A stretch of DNA of 59,585 nucleotides, counting the filler, from Catajapyx aquilonaris (Eukaryota), in NCBI GenBank assembly GCA_000934665.2. It is 4 parts of 4 records of this genome, joined end to end, with 100 filler letters (N's around TTAATTAATTAA, not from the genome) between each part and the next. Parts side by side here need not be neighbours in the genome. Positions count along the whole stretch, not along the records: positions 14,926 to 29,746 come from JYFJ02007676.1; positions 29,847 to 44,660 come from JYFJ02007677.1; 2 more parts are not named here. One strand, 5' to 3'. A model generated the notes under the pieces. It made no database searches and was not told the DNA's origin. It was given only the letters and a program-made list of their open reading frames with translations. This document shows positions 25,963 through 38,973 of the stretch, in pieces (positions within the stretch are counted from its first letter, which is position 1; every line of letters starts with the position of its first letter). Position numbers and translations under genes: made by a program.

Positions 25963-27400
25963 TCACCGCTTCCCCTTGCCCTTCTTCCCCGCTCCGCCCT
26001 GCTTCTTCTGTGCTCCTCTCTTGGCTGCGTATCGCTTCTTCCCTTCCATGGCTCTCTTCTTGGCTCCACCTTTCCCTCCCTTCTTTTTCTTCCTCCCCCC
26101 TTCCCTCTTCTCGGACGACCTCCTGCAATTTTAAAAGGTAATCACCAAATGCTTCCCAAATGGAACCAACAGTCTCATTTTCCCCACACACTCACTCGGT
26201 CTGTTCGCTGAACATTTGCCTGTTGACGGCCTTATCGATGTCCAGCTTGGGCCTCTTTGCAATGATCCTGTCCAGGATGCCCATGTTCTTGGACTTCTCT
26301 GCCTCCCTGTCCATCACCACTGGGTCAAACTTGCGCTTCTTCCCGCTCCCTCCTCCCACTGCCCCCTTGGCCTTCTTCTCCTTCGGAAGGGTCTCTTGGA
26401 ATTTCCCCATAGAGGCGGTGGCCCTCTTGGCCAGGGTTGCTGCCTCGCCCAGCTACAAGACCAAACGTGCAATACAGTAAGAGTGGGAACAACAACCAAG
26501 GCAATTTCTGCATGCGACGCACCTGCTGGGCTCCCTTCTTCTCTGTGGGCATGACCCCGAGGCCTGGAAGGGTGGTCTTCTTAGCCCTGGCGAGATTCCT
26601 GAGCCTCTGCAGCTCATTCTTGGCCACCCTCTCCCCCTTGTCGGCCTTCCTCTTGGAGAACTGGTCCTCGTTTGGATCCGAATCCCTGGGGACCTCAATC
26701 ACCCACTCCTTCTCCTTCTCTGCCTGGGCCTTCCTGTAGCCATAGGCAGGCACCCAGCGGGACACTGCCTCGTCCCAGCTGAGCTTCTCCCTGGTCTTCC
26801 TCCCCTTCTTCTGGATGCCCTTTGCCTTGGCGTACACCTCCCACCTGGTTGGTTTCTTGGGCTGCGGAAGGGGCTTCTCCCTGGGCAGCCTGGTGGTTGG
26901 AGCAGGCAGCTTGACCACAACCACGTCGTCGTCCTGCTCCCGTGGAAGGGAGAAGAGCTTGTTCAGGAGCAGCTGGGTGTTGTCTCTGGCCAGGGATATC
27001 AGGTACGCCTCCGGGCCTTGCCTGCAAATGACGACATGTTTGGTGCACAAATGTGGGTGGGTGGCGGTATCCCGCCTGCCTCTCGAGTGATACAGCACCT
27101 GTACAGTTTGATGTCCGTGTCGTTGCTGTCCACGGCCAGGAGGTTTCCCAGGTCGAATTCCAGTTCCAGGTGCTTCTCCACCTCCGTGCTGGGCAGCCTC
27201 ATCATCTCCACCTCCTCCTCCTCCTCCTCCTGCATGCCCATCCCCCGACCTCCTGCAGAGGAGGAGACGGCTCCTCCAGTGGACATCATCCCTGCTGGAC
27301 CCTTTCCAGCCTCTGGAGCGGAGCAGGGTGAGACGCTGTTGTCTCCGACAGACGAGGAGGACGGAAACGGCGTGCTCGAACTGCTCGTGGTCGTCGCCAT
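25963..27400 (-). CDS. RRS1: Ribosome biogenesis regulatory protein RRS1; exons 27400-27099, 27021-26523, 26452-26196, 26122-25963
   Basis: LEFDLGNLLAVD, LARDNTQLL, LPAPTTRLPREKPLP, TRWEVYAKAKGI, WVPAYGY, KNELQRLRN, TASMGKFQ, and a Lys/Gly-rich tail. Confidence 0.95.
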
Positions 27401-29651
27401 CTTTGATCCAGTCAGGAGGAGGGGGAGTGCAGGTGACGTCATTCCCAACGACGTACTATGCTCACGTGACACCGGATGCTGGCGACATCTGCTGGCCCGA
27501 TGTACAACCAAAAGGCCAACGCAGCATGCATTACCATCTGCCGGTCTTGTCACAAATCATGTAATACTACCAATCCGCTCGTCGCAAGCTAATTCGAATC
27601 AGAATAAAAAGAAACAATAAATTTGCGTAACTTGTCTCTTTGACAGTGTCATGACCCATGATGAACATGTAAACACGCACAGTTCAGCATGTGTGCTTGC
27701 ATGCACCTGAGTCATGACGATGGCGGTGTGCGAGCTGGATTGGTGAAAAGCCGCACCGCCGACGACAAGGCTCCAGCTCATGGTGCGGGACGCTTTTCCT
27801 GCTTTTTTAAAAAAAAGAGAATTAAAAAAAAAAACTCCATTACATCAGGAGTCATGAACAATTAAAGCAATGGATTGTGGCCTCTGAGAGTGAATTATTT
27901 AATCGGAGTAATAAACAATATTGCGCGAAACTGGGTTAATATAATGTGGCCTATAAAATATTGAATGATATCAAATTGTACTTAGCAGGAAAAATGCCGT
28001 GCCATCCAGTCCCTCGAGGAACCTAGGCACGCTACAGCTACTGACACATGCAAATTTTCAACAATAACTTTCAATTATTATAATTATACCAGTCTAGTTG
28101 TACTTGCCAAATACTGTACCAGACTTTCCTGTTAAGGCTCATTCAAATGAGCCTTGGTTGTAGCACTTTTCTTCTTGGGTACCTTTGGAGTGCCATTGGG
28201 GAGTACGATAATAAACGGCCAGGAGAGGGGAGACGGACACTGATATACTACAAACCACCGTGTAGTATATCACGTGCCCTATAATATAATACTGCATAAC
28301 GCCACAGCAGGCATATATCCGATACCAACACAGAACCATTCGCATACCACACACCACTGTACACCACCTCAGTTATTATAACAATGTCACGCAATGGGGA
28401 GGATGTGAACAAGTACAAAACATTTCTTCAGCGATTATGCCTCATTGTCGAGGCATAAATTACTATTCAAAGGGCCTTGGTGGTACTGGAAGGGATTAAG
28501 GTTCCGACGTACTCCCCCTGATAAATGGCCGGTACCAGTCGTGCTCTTCTGTCGAATGACTCTAAAAGGCCCAAATTATACACTGCGTATATCTAAATGG
28601 AAAATGGCCTTGCCCACTCCGGGATTGACCTGACACAGGTCTAATGGGCGAACAAACGGTGATTCTAAGAGGTCATATATGCGGTGACCTCGGACCACTG
28701 AGCTATATTCATACCGGTATACATTGGACGGGTCAACTGATGGTGACCGTCCTATATTCGTCCGACATCCGTCTGTGTGGACCTGTATATTGGGCCCAGC
28801 ACAAGTGACGGAAGAGACGGACATATAGTAATTCTCGCTTGTTGATTCCAGCAGACAATCCTGAACAAGAGAAACGCTCCTGACCTGACTTTGCCTAATC
28901 TATAACACAGACTCTGTAACACAAAGATTTCATTCCTACGCGCGTAATTTCCGCAGGTGATGCTGAAAGAGAAACGGTTCCATAACCTGACCGTGAACCT
29001 GACTCTGCCTGCTCTCTAATAGCAAATTGAGAATCTTTAGGATATTGAAGTGTTGAAAAATAAGGTAACCGACCTATAAGACACAAGTCGCGAACAGAAC
29101 ATTACTAGTTTCCATGGAGCCATATCCGGCATACCCAAAACAATACGCCAAATGCGGGTGTTGGCTTAACGTACTGTATACCTGATCATATAGCTGAAAG
29201 AAAATAGTACCTGAAAAATAGACGACGCCGATAGCTTCTTTTTGAACGGCCAATACAGACACAATAATAATACATACCAATAAGACCGTATAGTAATGAG
29301 CATAATACCCGTGGAAGCTTTCCACATATTGCACCATATATCGTTCGTTATACATACATAGGCGACGGGCAACTGTTATATTCACACTGTTCGAAAAATC
29401 ACCTTGTAGTTGCCCTCGCCAGTAAGTTAAAAAATTAAGATGTTGGACTCACACACCTCTTATTGTTCAGTGCTCAACTTTCTTCATATGATTTGCTGTG
29501 TATACTTGCCCAGAATCTGATTCCCCATATCATACAGTGCTGAATATTTGGCACGTGATAGTGACAAACTATGTTAGAACCTAGCGAGACCAGCAATGAA
29601 CAGCTTAGGCTTCAGGAGTCGTTGAGTACTGCAGCCTATTCATGAATCTAT

Positions 29652-29652
<1 letters not shown>

Positions 29653-29686
<34 letters not shown>
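29653..29686. repeat. (CAA)n microsatellite
   Basis: Tandem CAA run, read directly. Confidence 0.9.
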
Positions 29687-29687
<1 letters not shown>

Positions 29688-29746
29688 TCACGACATTTCC
29701 CTATGAGGGGTAGTCAGCGATGAAGGGAGACGCAAGCTAACCCAAC

Positions 29747-29846
29747 NNNNNNNNNNNNNNNNNNNNNNNNNNNNNNNNNNNNNNNNNNNNTTAATTAATT
29801 AANNNNNNNNNNNNNNNNNNNNNNNNNNNNNNNNNNNNNNNNNNNN
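29747..29846. other. Artificial contig linker N44-TTAATTAATTAA-N44
   Basis: Same linker as 14826-14925. Confidence 0.97.
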
Positions 29847-30179
29847 TTTTTTTCGGTGGGCCTATCTCCGGGGAGGGGGGGTAAATCTCAAAACCGCGCA
29901 AATGGTATTTTTGAAAGACGTAATTAAAGCGATTCGCCGATTTCCGTCAAAATCTGACAACCCAAGGGTCAATTTTCCTTAAAAGCTCGGTGAATTGACA
30001 TGGAATGACCCACATATAGTAAATGCACGAAAAGAGATGACAAAAAAATTGTGACCAGAAAAGTTTGCCCACCACTTCGCTTCGTATTTACAAGATTAGC
30101 CAGCCCCTCCTCCTTCCTACTTCTGCATAGCACATGTCTAGCAAGAGCACCGTAACGCTAACTAGATATGAAATCACAC

Positions 30180-33100
30180 CTCTTTCTCAGCAGTAAGTGT
30201 CTCCACGAGCTCCTTCTCCTCTTGCAGCTGGATTTTAGCATTTGCTGCATCACCCACAGCTGCCTTCAAGTCCTTCTCTAGAGCTGACTTCTCCTTTTTC
30301 ACACTCTCCAGGTCATCCTGCATCTGATCACAAGCTTGCTGCAGTGTCTAAAATAGATTTACAAACATTGCATAAGTTAGCTAACATTGCATATCAGCAT
30401 AACTACTTGTAATAAGTATTTTATACCTATGCACAGGTATTGGTGAAACGAAATGGAATATGCTTTGTTTTATCAAACCCTTGGTAATCCCTGCTACAGT
30501 AGGGACAAGATAACTCGTGCATTTGGGGAGGTGGCTTGTGTCCTTGGCAACCATATAATTAACCCCATCCCTTACCAGTCAACCAATCAGGATTCGATTT
30601 CAATGGAGATGGGCATTATGTTCTAAAACCTCAAGAATGAGACGAAGCAATTGGTAACCCAGCAGGGGGGAAATATTTCCCCACCAATCGTTCTAAATTC
30701 CATACAAAAAACTCAGCAGGGGGCAGGCCTAATTATGGTTGCCAAGGACACAAGCCACCTCCCAAAACGCACGTGGGTTTTTTTTTTTTTTTGGTGATAC
30801 CCCTTGCCACCCCTTACAGGGTATCCAGGGGGGACTAATTGCCCCAAGCGATATTGATGTAGTTCAATATTAACTGGTGCCTTGTACGAAGTGCCTGGGC
30901 CCATGGGCAGGGTAACTAGGAGGGGATGTGCAAAGTACAGTGCGAATGACTAATATTTTTTAGATATACCCTGTGCTAGAACCATAGGCTCTCTTAGGGG
31001 AGTGGATTACCACTATCGTGCAGGGACAGGGTAGGGATAGGAGGGGGGGACACTGTTGCATGAGCAATGTCATCAAGTTGGGGGTCATGTGCAGTCCCTC
31101 AGGGGGCCAGTTCGCCAAGATGACCCCCTAGATGCGAGTCAGAAACCACCACTGATTCGCACCTCCTCCAGGCAGGGAAAGGAAGGAAGCGGCTGTGGCC
31201 TATTTTACGGTACGATCCCGGAAATTTTTCCTGGGGCGACCTTGGGAAACCACAGAAAACCAAGGTCAGGATCGCCGACTCCGGAATTCGAACCCAGGAC
31301 CTCCCGATTAGCAGTCGGACACCATATCCACTCCACCACTACTGCTTCGGTGCGAATGACTAATATGGGTACACTTTGTGTGCTCCCCCGGGTGGTTTAT
31401 GTCAAGGATCACCAGCCTAGACGTAGCCAGAGACAACCCAACTCTGCACAAGATAAAGGGGGGAAAGCCTGGGCTGGGGATCGAACCAGGGACCCTTATA
31501 TCCGTGGGCGCATACATTACCGTAGGGCCACTACGTCTCCCTATGCATGAGTTATCTTGTTCCTACTGTAGTTGTGCTACAATTATGAAACAGGGAGGGA
31601 GAAAGGGTTCAACACCTATTTTTGAGCAAACTCGAGTTACTGTCATGTAATATGGCCAGATTATACAAGGCTTATAATTTATTTCCTTGTATCACATTTG
31701 GGATCAGATGTCAATTCATTGAAATCATTTCCAAAAAATAAAAAAATAAATCAATTTCACTCTACCTGAATTGTCTTTGCATGTGAAGCTCTTTGATTAG
31801 CTCGTTGTGCCAACTCATTCTTTTCAGCTTCCGATTCTTTCAGTCGTGCTTCTAACTCAGCCACCTTCTTCTTCAGGCGGACTGCAATCATCCTGAGCTT
31901 AGTGTATCGATCTTCAAAGGTATCTTCCACATCTCTCATCCTGGCACCATCCTCTGCTCTACTGGAAGTACTAGTGCTTAGCATCTCACATGAGGCAATG
32001 GTTGGCTCGCGATCGCCATTCTCTGATCTGGTTGCCAACCTCTCATGCATTTCCCGTTTCTCTAACTCTGCCTTGTTCAGCTGCTCTGCAATCTCCTTAT
32101 TTTCCAACTCCATCTTTTCCAGCTGGCTTTCAATTTCCTTCATGTTTAACTGAACCTTCCCTATCTGCTGCTGATTTTCCATAAGTTCAGACTCAAGTTC
32201 AGCTACTTTAGCTAGGAGAGACTCTCTTTCCTCTTGCAAATTCTTGAGAGACTTGCCACGTTTCATCAGGGCTGAGTTCATCTCATTCATCTCAGACAGA
32301 AGTTCAGAGTTTCGTTCCTTCTCCTTGGCCACCTCACCTGCCAACTGTGCCATACTTGCTTGTATTGACTCCACTCTTTCACACACTTCCATCATATTTA
32401 CTTTTGTCTCATCAGTCCACTCTAATCTAGCTGATTCCAAGCTGCTTCGAATGGTTGCTGCCTCATTGCGGAGTAAAGGAAATGCATCCTGAAAGAGTAC
32501 ATGCAGCTGGCTAAAACATTGTTCTGCCTGTAAAAGTCCTTTCTCTTGTCTCCTAGTAACAGCCTCTTTCTCAGATAATAGTGCTGACACTTCATCTGCA
32601 TTTGTAGCTAATCCTTGAAGTCGCTTGATCTCCACTTCCAACTCTTGTAAATGTTCAAGATGAAATGAGGATTCTTTTTTCTGGTCTTCCAGCTCTTTCT
32701 CCTTTACTTCCAGGTGCAAGTTCACTTTCACAATCTCTTCCTTTGCTTCCTTAATTTCAGATGTTAAGTGCTGACATTTCTCTTCATACTCCTGCAGCAA
32801 GCTCAGTCTTTCCTTCATTAACACTAGTTCTTCCTCTCGTGCATGAATGATTGTATCCTTCTCTGCCATCAAATCTGACACTCTTGTCTCCTGTGCTTTG
32901 AGTTCCTCACCAGCTGTCTTCCAATGAGCCTCCAGCTGAACCATATGCTCCCTCTGAGATGAAGATTCTTGGCATTCCCTTTCTAATCTTGCATTGTCTT
33001 CCACAATCTGAGCCACTTCACGCTGCTTCACTTCTAAGTCCTCAGATGCTATTTTCAACTTTGCCTTCATTTCTTCTATGTCTGATGTCAACTGCTGATT

Positions 33101-36100
33101 CTTTTCTTCATATTCCTGCAGCAGACCCAACTTCTCTGTAAGAAGAGACAGGTCTTCAGATTGCTGTTGAATTTTCTCTGCAGCTTTGGTCAGATGTTCT
33201 TTCAGGACATTTTGAACCCGTTCCAAATCTGATGCCAGCATCTCAACAAGCTCCTTCTGTGATAAAGCTTCTCTGTTCTGAAGTGAGAGCAGATCTCTAG
33301 TTTCAGACAGTTCTTGCACCTTCCCTTCAGAATCCAGTATACCATTGGCTGGCATCTCTTGTTTCGCTCCAAAAACTGTTGTCAGTTGTTCAAATTTCTC
33401 TTCACAGGCCTGCAGCCGGCTCAACTGCTTACTCAGCTGAACTGTTTGCTCTTCTTGCTCACGATGAAGGGCTTCTTTCTCAGCTTTCAAACTCAACATT
33501 TGTGACTCTTTCTCTGTTAGTTCTTTCTGAGTTTGTGTCAGGTCAGCTTTCATCTGCATCAACTGCTCATTCTGAGACATGGCATCCAGAGATTGATTTA
33601 AAAGTGATGTATTCGCTTCCTGCAGCTGCAGCAAATCTTGCTGCCTTTCATCCAAGTCCTGTTTTACTCTTGTTAACTCTTCTTTAACACCCAATAATTC
33701 TGAAGTCACCAGCTGGCATCTTTCATCACTTGCCTGTACTTCCTCAGCATACTTGTTCAAGTCACACATCAGCTTAGCTTTACAGCTTTCAGACTCTTGC
33801 GCACTTTCTTTCAATGCCTGAATTTCCTCTGACTTCTCCTTCAAACACCCATCACACTTTTCCACCCTCTTCTCCAGTTCCAGGATGATTTCCTTAAATT
33901 TTCCCTGTTGTTGAACAATTTCTCCCATCACCGCATCATGCTGAGCCTGCATTCTACATAGTTCCTGTTCCTTCTCCTCGATTTGGGACTTCAAGCAGTC
34001 AATTTCTGACGTCTTCTCCAGCAACTCATGCTTCAGTTCCTTGCATTCTCCTAATGCAATCCCTGATTGCTGCAATTCAGCCTCCAATTCCTGAACTCGA
34101 GCTTCCTGTTGCAAATTCTTCTCACGTGCCTCGTCAAGCTCCTGATGTAAATTATGTTCTCGCTGCATAATTTCCTGCAGTTTGTTCTCTGCCTCGCCCA
34201 ATTTTTCAAGTTTCTGATAGATTTCTTCTTGATAATTGTGTAACTCCATAATTTGTTGAGATTGGCTTTCCACTTTTTGCTGTAATTCATATCTCTCATT
34301 TTGCAGAGTTTCAACTTGTGCCAAAAGGTCCTTAGCACAATTCTCTTTATCTCTCAGTTGTTGCTCAACATCACCTGTGCCATGTTGGACCTGCTGCAGT
34401 TTCTCTTCATATTCTGCTAAACTTTTGTTTGCCTTCTGCAAATTGCCTTGCAGTTCTGTAATGGTAACTTCTCTGGCTGTTAGAGCTTGACACACTTGAT
34501 GGACCGTAGATTTTGCCACATTAAATTGTTCCTCCAATTCTGTAATTTTCTCCAAGAGAGACTTCTTCAATTCCATATTTTCCTCCAAGATACCCTTGCG
34601 TAATTCAGCACTTTTCTCCAAGACACTCTTGTGCAACTCTGCAATCTGTAGTGAATGCATCTGCTTCTGATTAGCAACTTCTGACAGTACTTGTTCCACA
34701 GTTGCTCTTGATTTCTCTAGTTCTTCTAGGGCATTCTTATAAGACAGCTTGATTTTTTCTAACTCCAATGTTACTGATTCTAACTCGGATGTCAAGGCTT
34801 GCACTTCACCTAACTTCAACTTCTCATATGTTTCATGCTCCACTGTCATCAAATTTAACTGTGAATGTAAACTCGCAATTTCAGTCTGGGATGTCTGCAA
34901 CGCCTTCTGATAATGACCTCTAAGAACTTCTATCGAGCCATGTACATTCTTTAATTCCTCTTCCCTTGCAGCCAACTCACCTCGTAGAGCAATAAGTTCT
35001 TCACTAATTTGCGTGTTTTCAGAAGGTACCTCCACACTCTCTGAGAGTTGCAGTTCCAAGTTTGTCTTTTCTTCCTGCAGAGATTTCAAGTTTTTGCTTA
35101 GAGTTTCCATAGACGAAGTGGCAGTATTAAGCTGGTCTTTCATCAGTTGTTCCTGAAATTTCTGTGACTCTATTTCCTCAGTTTGTTGACGTAAATGAGT
35201 GTGCAGGTCCTCATTTTGGACTTGGAGCAGTCCCAACTCCTTCTCAAGCTGATTCACTTTTTCTATCAGCTCATTAGCCTCTGCCTGTGATTCACTCTCC
35301 TTTGCTTGCATTTTCCACTGCAACTCTTCTGCCTCATGTAAATCAGTTTCTGGCTCAGTCTGAATTTCTATATGCATTGATTCCCCAATATCTGCCTTCC
35401 TCGCCTCTGATTCTTCAAGACGCTGCAGTAAGTCTTCATTGTCTCTCAGTAGTCGCTTTGCCCTTCTCTTCGCAACTTCCAACTGAACCTCTAGTTCAGA
35501 AACTGAGTTGGTAAGTGCAACCTCCTTCTGTTTGTAGCCTTCTAGTTCTGACTTCAGGGATGACGCATGCTTCCGTAGAGAGTCAACCTATGTAACAAGA
35601 CATGCTAAGTTAGATACCCCACTTCACAACTTGTAAAAATACAAATACCTCCATGGACAGTTGCAACTTTTGCTCAGTGAACTGGGTTGCCATTTCTTGT
35701 AATGCAGCAACTTGTTTTTCCAACTCCTCTGGAGCCGTCCTAGATCCTTTTGTCTTCTCCTTTGCCTGGATTTTCTCCACACAGTCTCGCAGAACCTTCG
35801 CTTCTCGACACGCCTCTATTGAAATAATGGAATGATTAATATTCCATTACAAAAAATTCACTGATCCTAGAATGTTACAGTAACTTCTGCTTCATCTCAA
35901 AGAACACCTTCCAATCTCAATTCCTTACAACCCTACTGCATGTTAAATTCATGTTTTGCATTCACCAGGTAAACAATAGTGTGAAAAGTATTCAGACACT
36001 CCTGCAACCCAGGCAAACTAATATTGTGGTGCACAATGGGCATATATCAAAGAATATTATTGATCCATTTTTGCCTTGAAGTAAGACAGGCACATGAAGA

Positions 36101-38904
36101 CCAACTAGTAAAAAAGGAATAGTATTGCCAAGTAATTTAATCAACTTCTCAGGCATTCTCTGATGCATCAGCCTTCTATATTGTCAGACTGAGATTAAAG
36201 TAACGTTCTTAACTGGTGCTGCAAACATACTGTGTCAGCAGAGTTCTTTTCTTGGTCATACCGTGAGAAGGCAAGTTACCTAACTCTGGTTGTGCCTGGT
36301 TACAATGAGTTGCAAGCCTGCAGAAAATACGAAGCTGAAACATATGGTATTTCCTATGGGATTTTTTAAAGCACCTGAACGGCGTGGAGGGAAGAATAGG
36401 ACAACAATTGAATAGTCCAATAGCACAGAAAACAAGCACACCAATATATTGGAATTCTAGTTTGGATTAGAACAGTGGCGTAACTAACGTATGGCAAGTA
36501 TGGCACGTGCCCTGGGCACCACTTGAAGGGGGCAGCATTGATCACTTTCTGTTCCAAGTCAAATAAGCTATCATTGGATGGGGAAAATAATAATTTTCTT
36601 CAGATGTACTTGTACGATCTTTTACACTATGTAAAAAAATTAACCTTTTTGTCCCGGGGTATTCATGGCTACTTCCATGTTCCTTATGTCACTAGTAACT
36701 CATAATGACCTTTCATTTTGTCTGAACTGTTTTTGACCTTGGGGCAGTCACAAAACCAATGTCCTCGAAATATAGCCAGGTCTTTCCCAATCAAGTGGGC
36801 CGAAATGTTGCTTGACCGTCTCGGATTTTGCTGAAGGAAATGACAGCAGTACACACATATGACATAACACTAAGTGTCAAGTTTCAACCATATTGCATAT
36901 TGCAGGAAAAAATCGCTAAATTTTGAAAGGGGTTGAAAATGAGGTCTTGTTTTTCGGTTAGTGGGTGGTCAAACCCCAATAGACACGTAAGTTATATCAA
37001 ATGAAAAGGAAAGGGCGGGGAAATGTGCCTCTGGAATTCATTTTCCTTTTATGAGTAGTGTCCTAATTTGTAAATTAAAAGATAATAAACTTTTGACTGG
37101 TATATTTGAGAGGATTTTATCTGAAAGATGGGTTTCATATGTGTGGACAGGGGTGCAATTTCAGTGCTTGCCATAGGCGCCCGTAGATACATCACTGGAT
37201 TAGAATAAGAACTACATTTTCACTTCCTGTGCCATCAACATCTGCCATCAAATTGTGATTACACCTGCTGCTTACAGATGAGCATGTGTCCTTCAAAATG
37301 ATACATCGAGCAGCACACCAACATAAGCATGAAATCAATAAGGAATGTTCCAACATCTGTCAAAAACTACCACTGCATGCCAAAACAGTATTCCCCCTGC
37401 ATCTGTGCTTCTATGGGATATAGGTTTCAAGTTCCCCCCATAGATATTTGAAACTGCAGATAATACGGAACCCTACATGTTTTTAAGGCATAAAATACAT
37501 ACCTATGATGCAATTTAATTTTAAAATTATACACATTAAACATCAACAAAAACAAATAACAACACAACAGTTATAATGATGCAGCATTGCACTCTAATCA
37601 AAATGAAAGGTGGGTGCACACAAAATTTATTAATTCAAAGGAACCCTCCTAGAATTGATTTTGTTCTTGGTATCGACAATTTTTAGTAGAAGTTGTTTGT
37701 AGTACTATAGATGACAATACAAAACACAGTTTTCAATATCAATTCTGTTCCCTGAGTTGCATGCTCATGGCCCATCGGTACATCATGGAGCCAGAAGTAG
37801 CCCAGTGACTTTGCTGACACTGTAAATGAGCAACTTATGTTATATCTCCAGTAGTCAGTTTAACGCACTACATATTAAATGCTCCCCAGTACCACACTCA
37901 TGTTGAGTGAATGTCACATTTTTGTACATTGCCACTTTCTTCTGAATTGCATGTCCCACTTTGTGACATTTAAAAACTTCATTAATACTTAATACATAAT
38001 TTAGGCCGAGCATTATGAAAGTCCGCTGTCACCCATAAAATTGGCAGTGAAAGAATAACGAAGAATGAACACAAATCCAATGTGCAGTTTAAGCTGACAC
38101 TGAATTAACTTTTACTCTTATGCAATTGGTGCATAGAAAATGCGAATAATATGTGGAATTTTCTTGACATAATGGCTCATAACAGCTCCAAAATTACAGT
38201 ACGTCTCATTTGGATGATTATTTGAGTCTATTTTGAAATGAATTGTGTGCCTGCTATTAGTGGCATGCAAGGCCAAATAAGCTCTCAAATATGTAGTGAA
38301 AACATGAGGTTGAAGGGGGAGGTGTGGTGGCCGAGATGGTAACGTCTCGGCTTGCTGAGTGAAAGGTCCCAGTTTCGATCCTTGCCTGGGAATTCCCTTT
38401 CGCCTGTGTCAGGAGGGTCTCGGACCTGTGCCTTGGAGGTGTCTGGCAACCTAACCTCCTGGGGAACAGCACATGACCCATTTATCGGTATTACACTTGC
38501 ACCCACGTTCCCTCCCCAAAAAAATCCCTATCCTTACCCAATTTCCTTGATTTCCCTGCACCAGAGTCTGAAGAAAAATGAAAAACCAGTAAGAAAATAC
38601 GGTGGTGTCCCACTCCTCTAAGAGAGCCATAGGCTCTATCACAGGGTACAATTAAAAATAATTTTAAAAACCATGAGGTTGAAACAAGCGAAAGTGCAAT
38701 TTTTTGCACTTGACATGACACAGAAAGTGATATGAACTTTCCAGAATTAAAATTAAAATTAATACGGAAATGGTCAAAGATGGCCTAATTTTAAGTCACT
38801 TATTGTTCACGAAACAATAAATTGAATCATGAAAATGAGAATGTGATTCTAAACATAATTCACCAATGCAATACCCCATTTGTAGTGTTGCCATCAACAT
38901 TTAC

Positions 38905-38973
<69 letters not shown>

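Noticed and set aside
28576..28824. SSVVRGHRIY resembling a HIRAN-like motif
   Set aside because: The remaining motif elements are not present at the expected spacing; likely chance.
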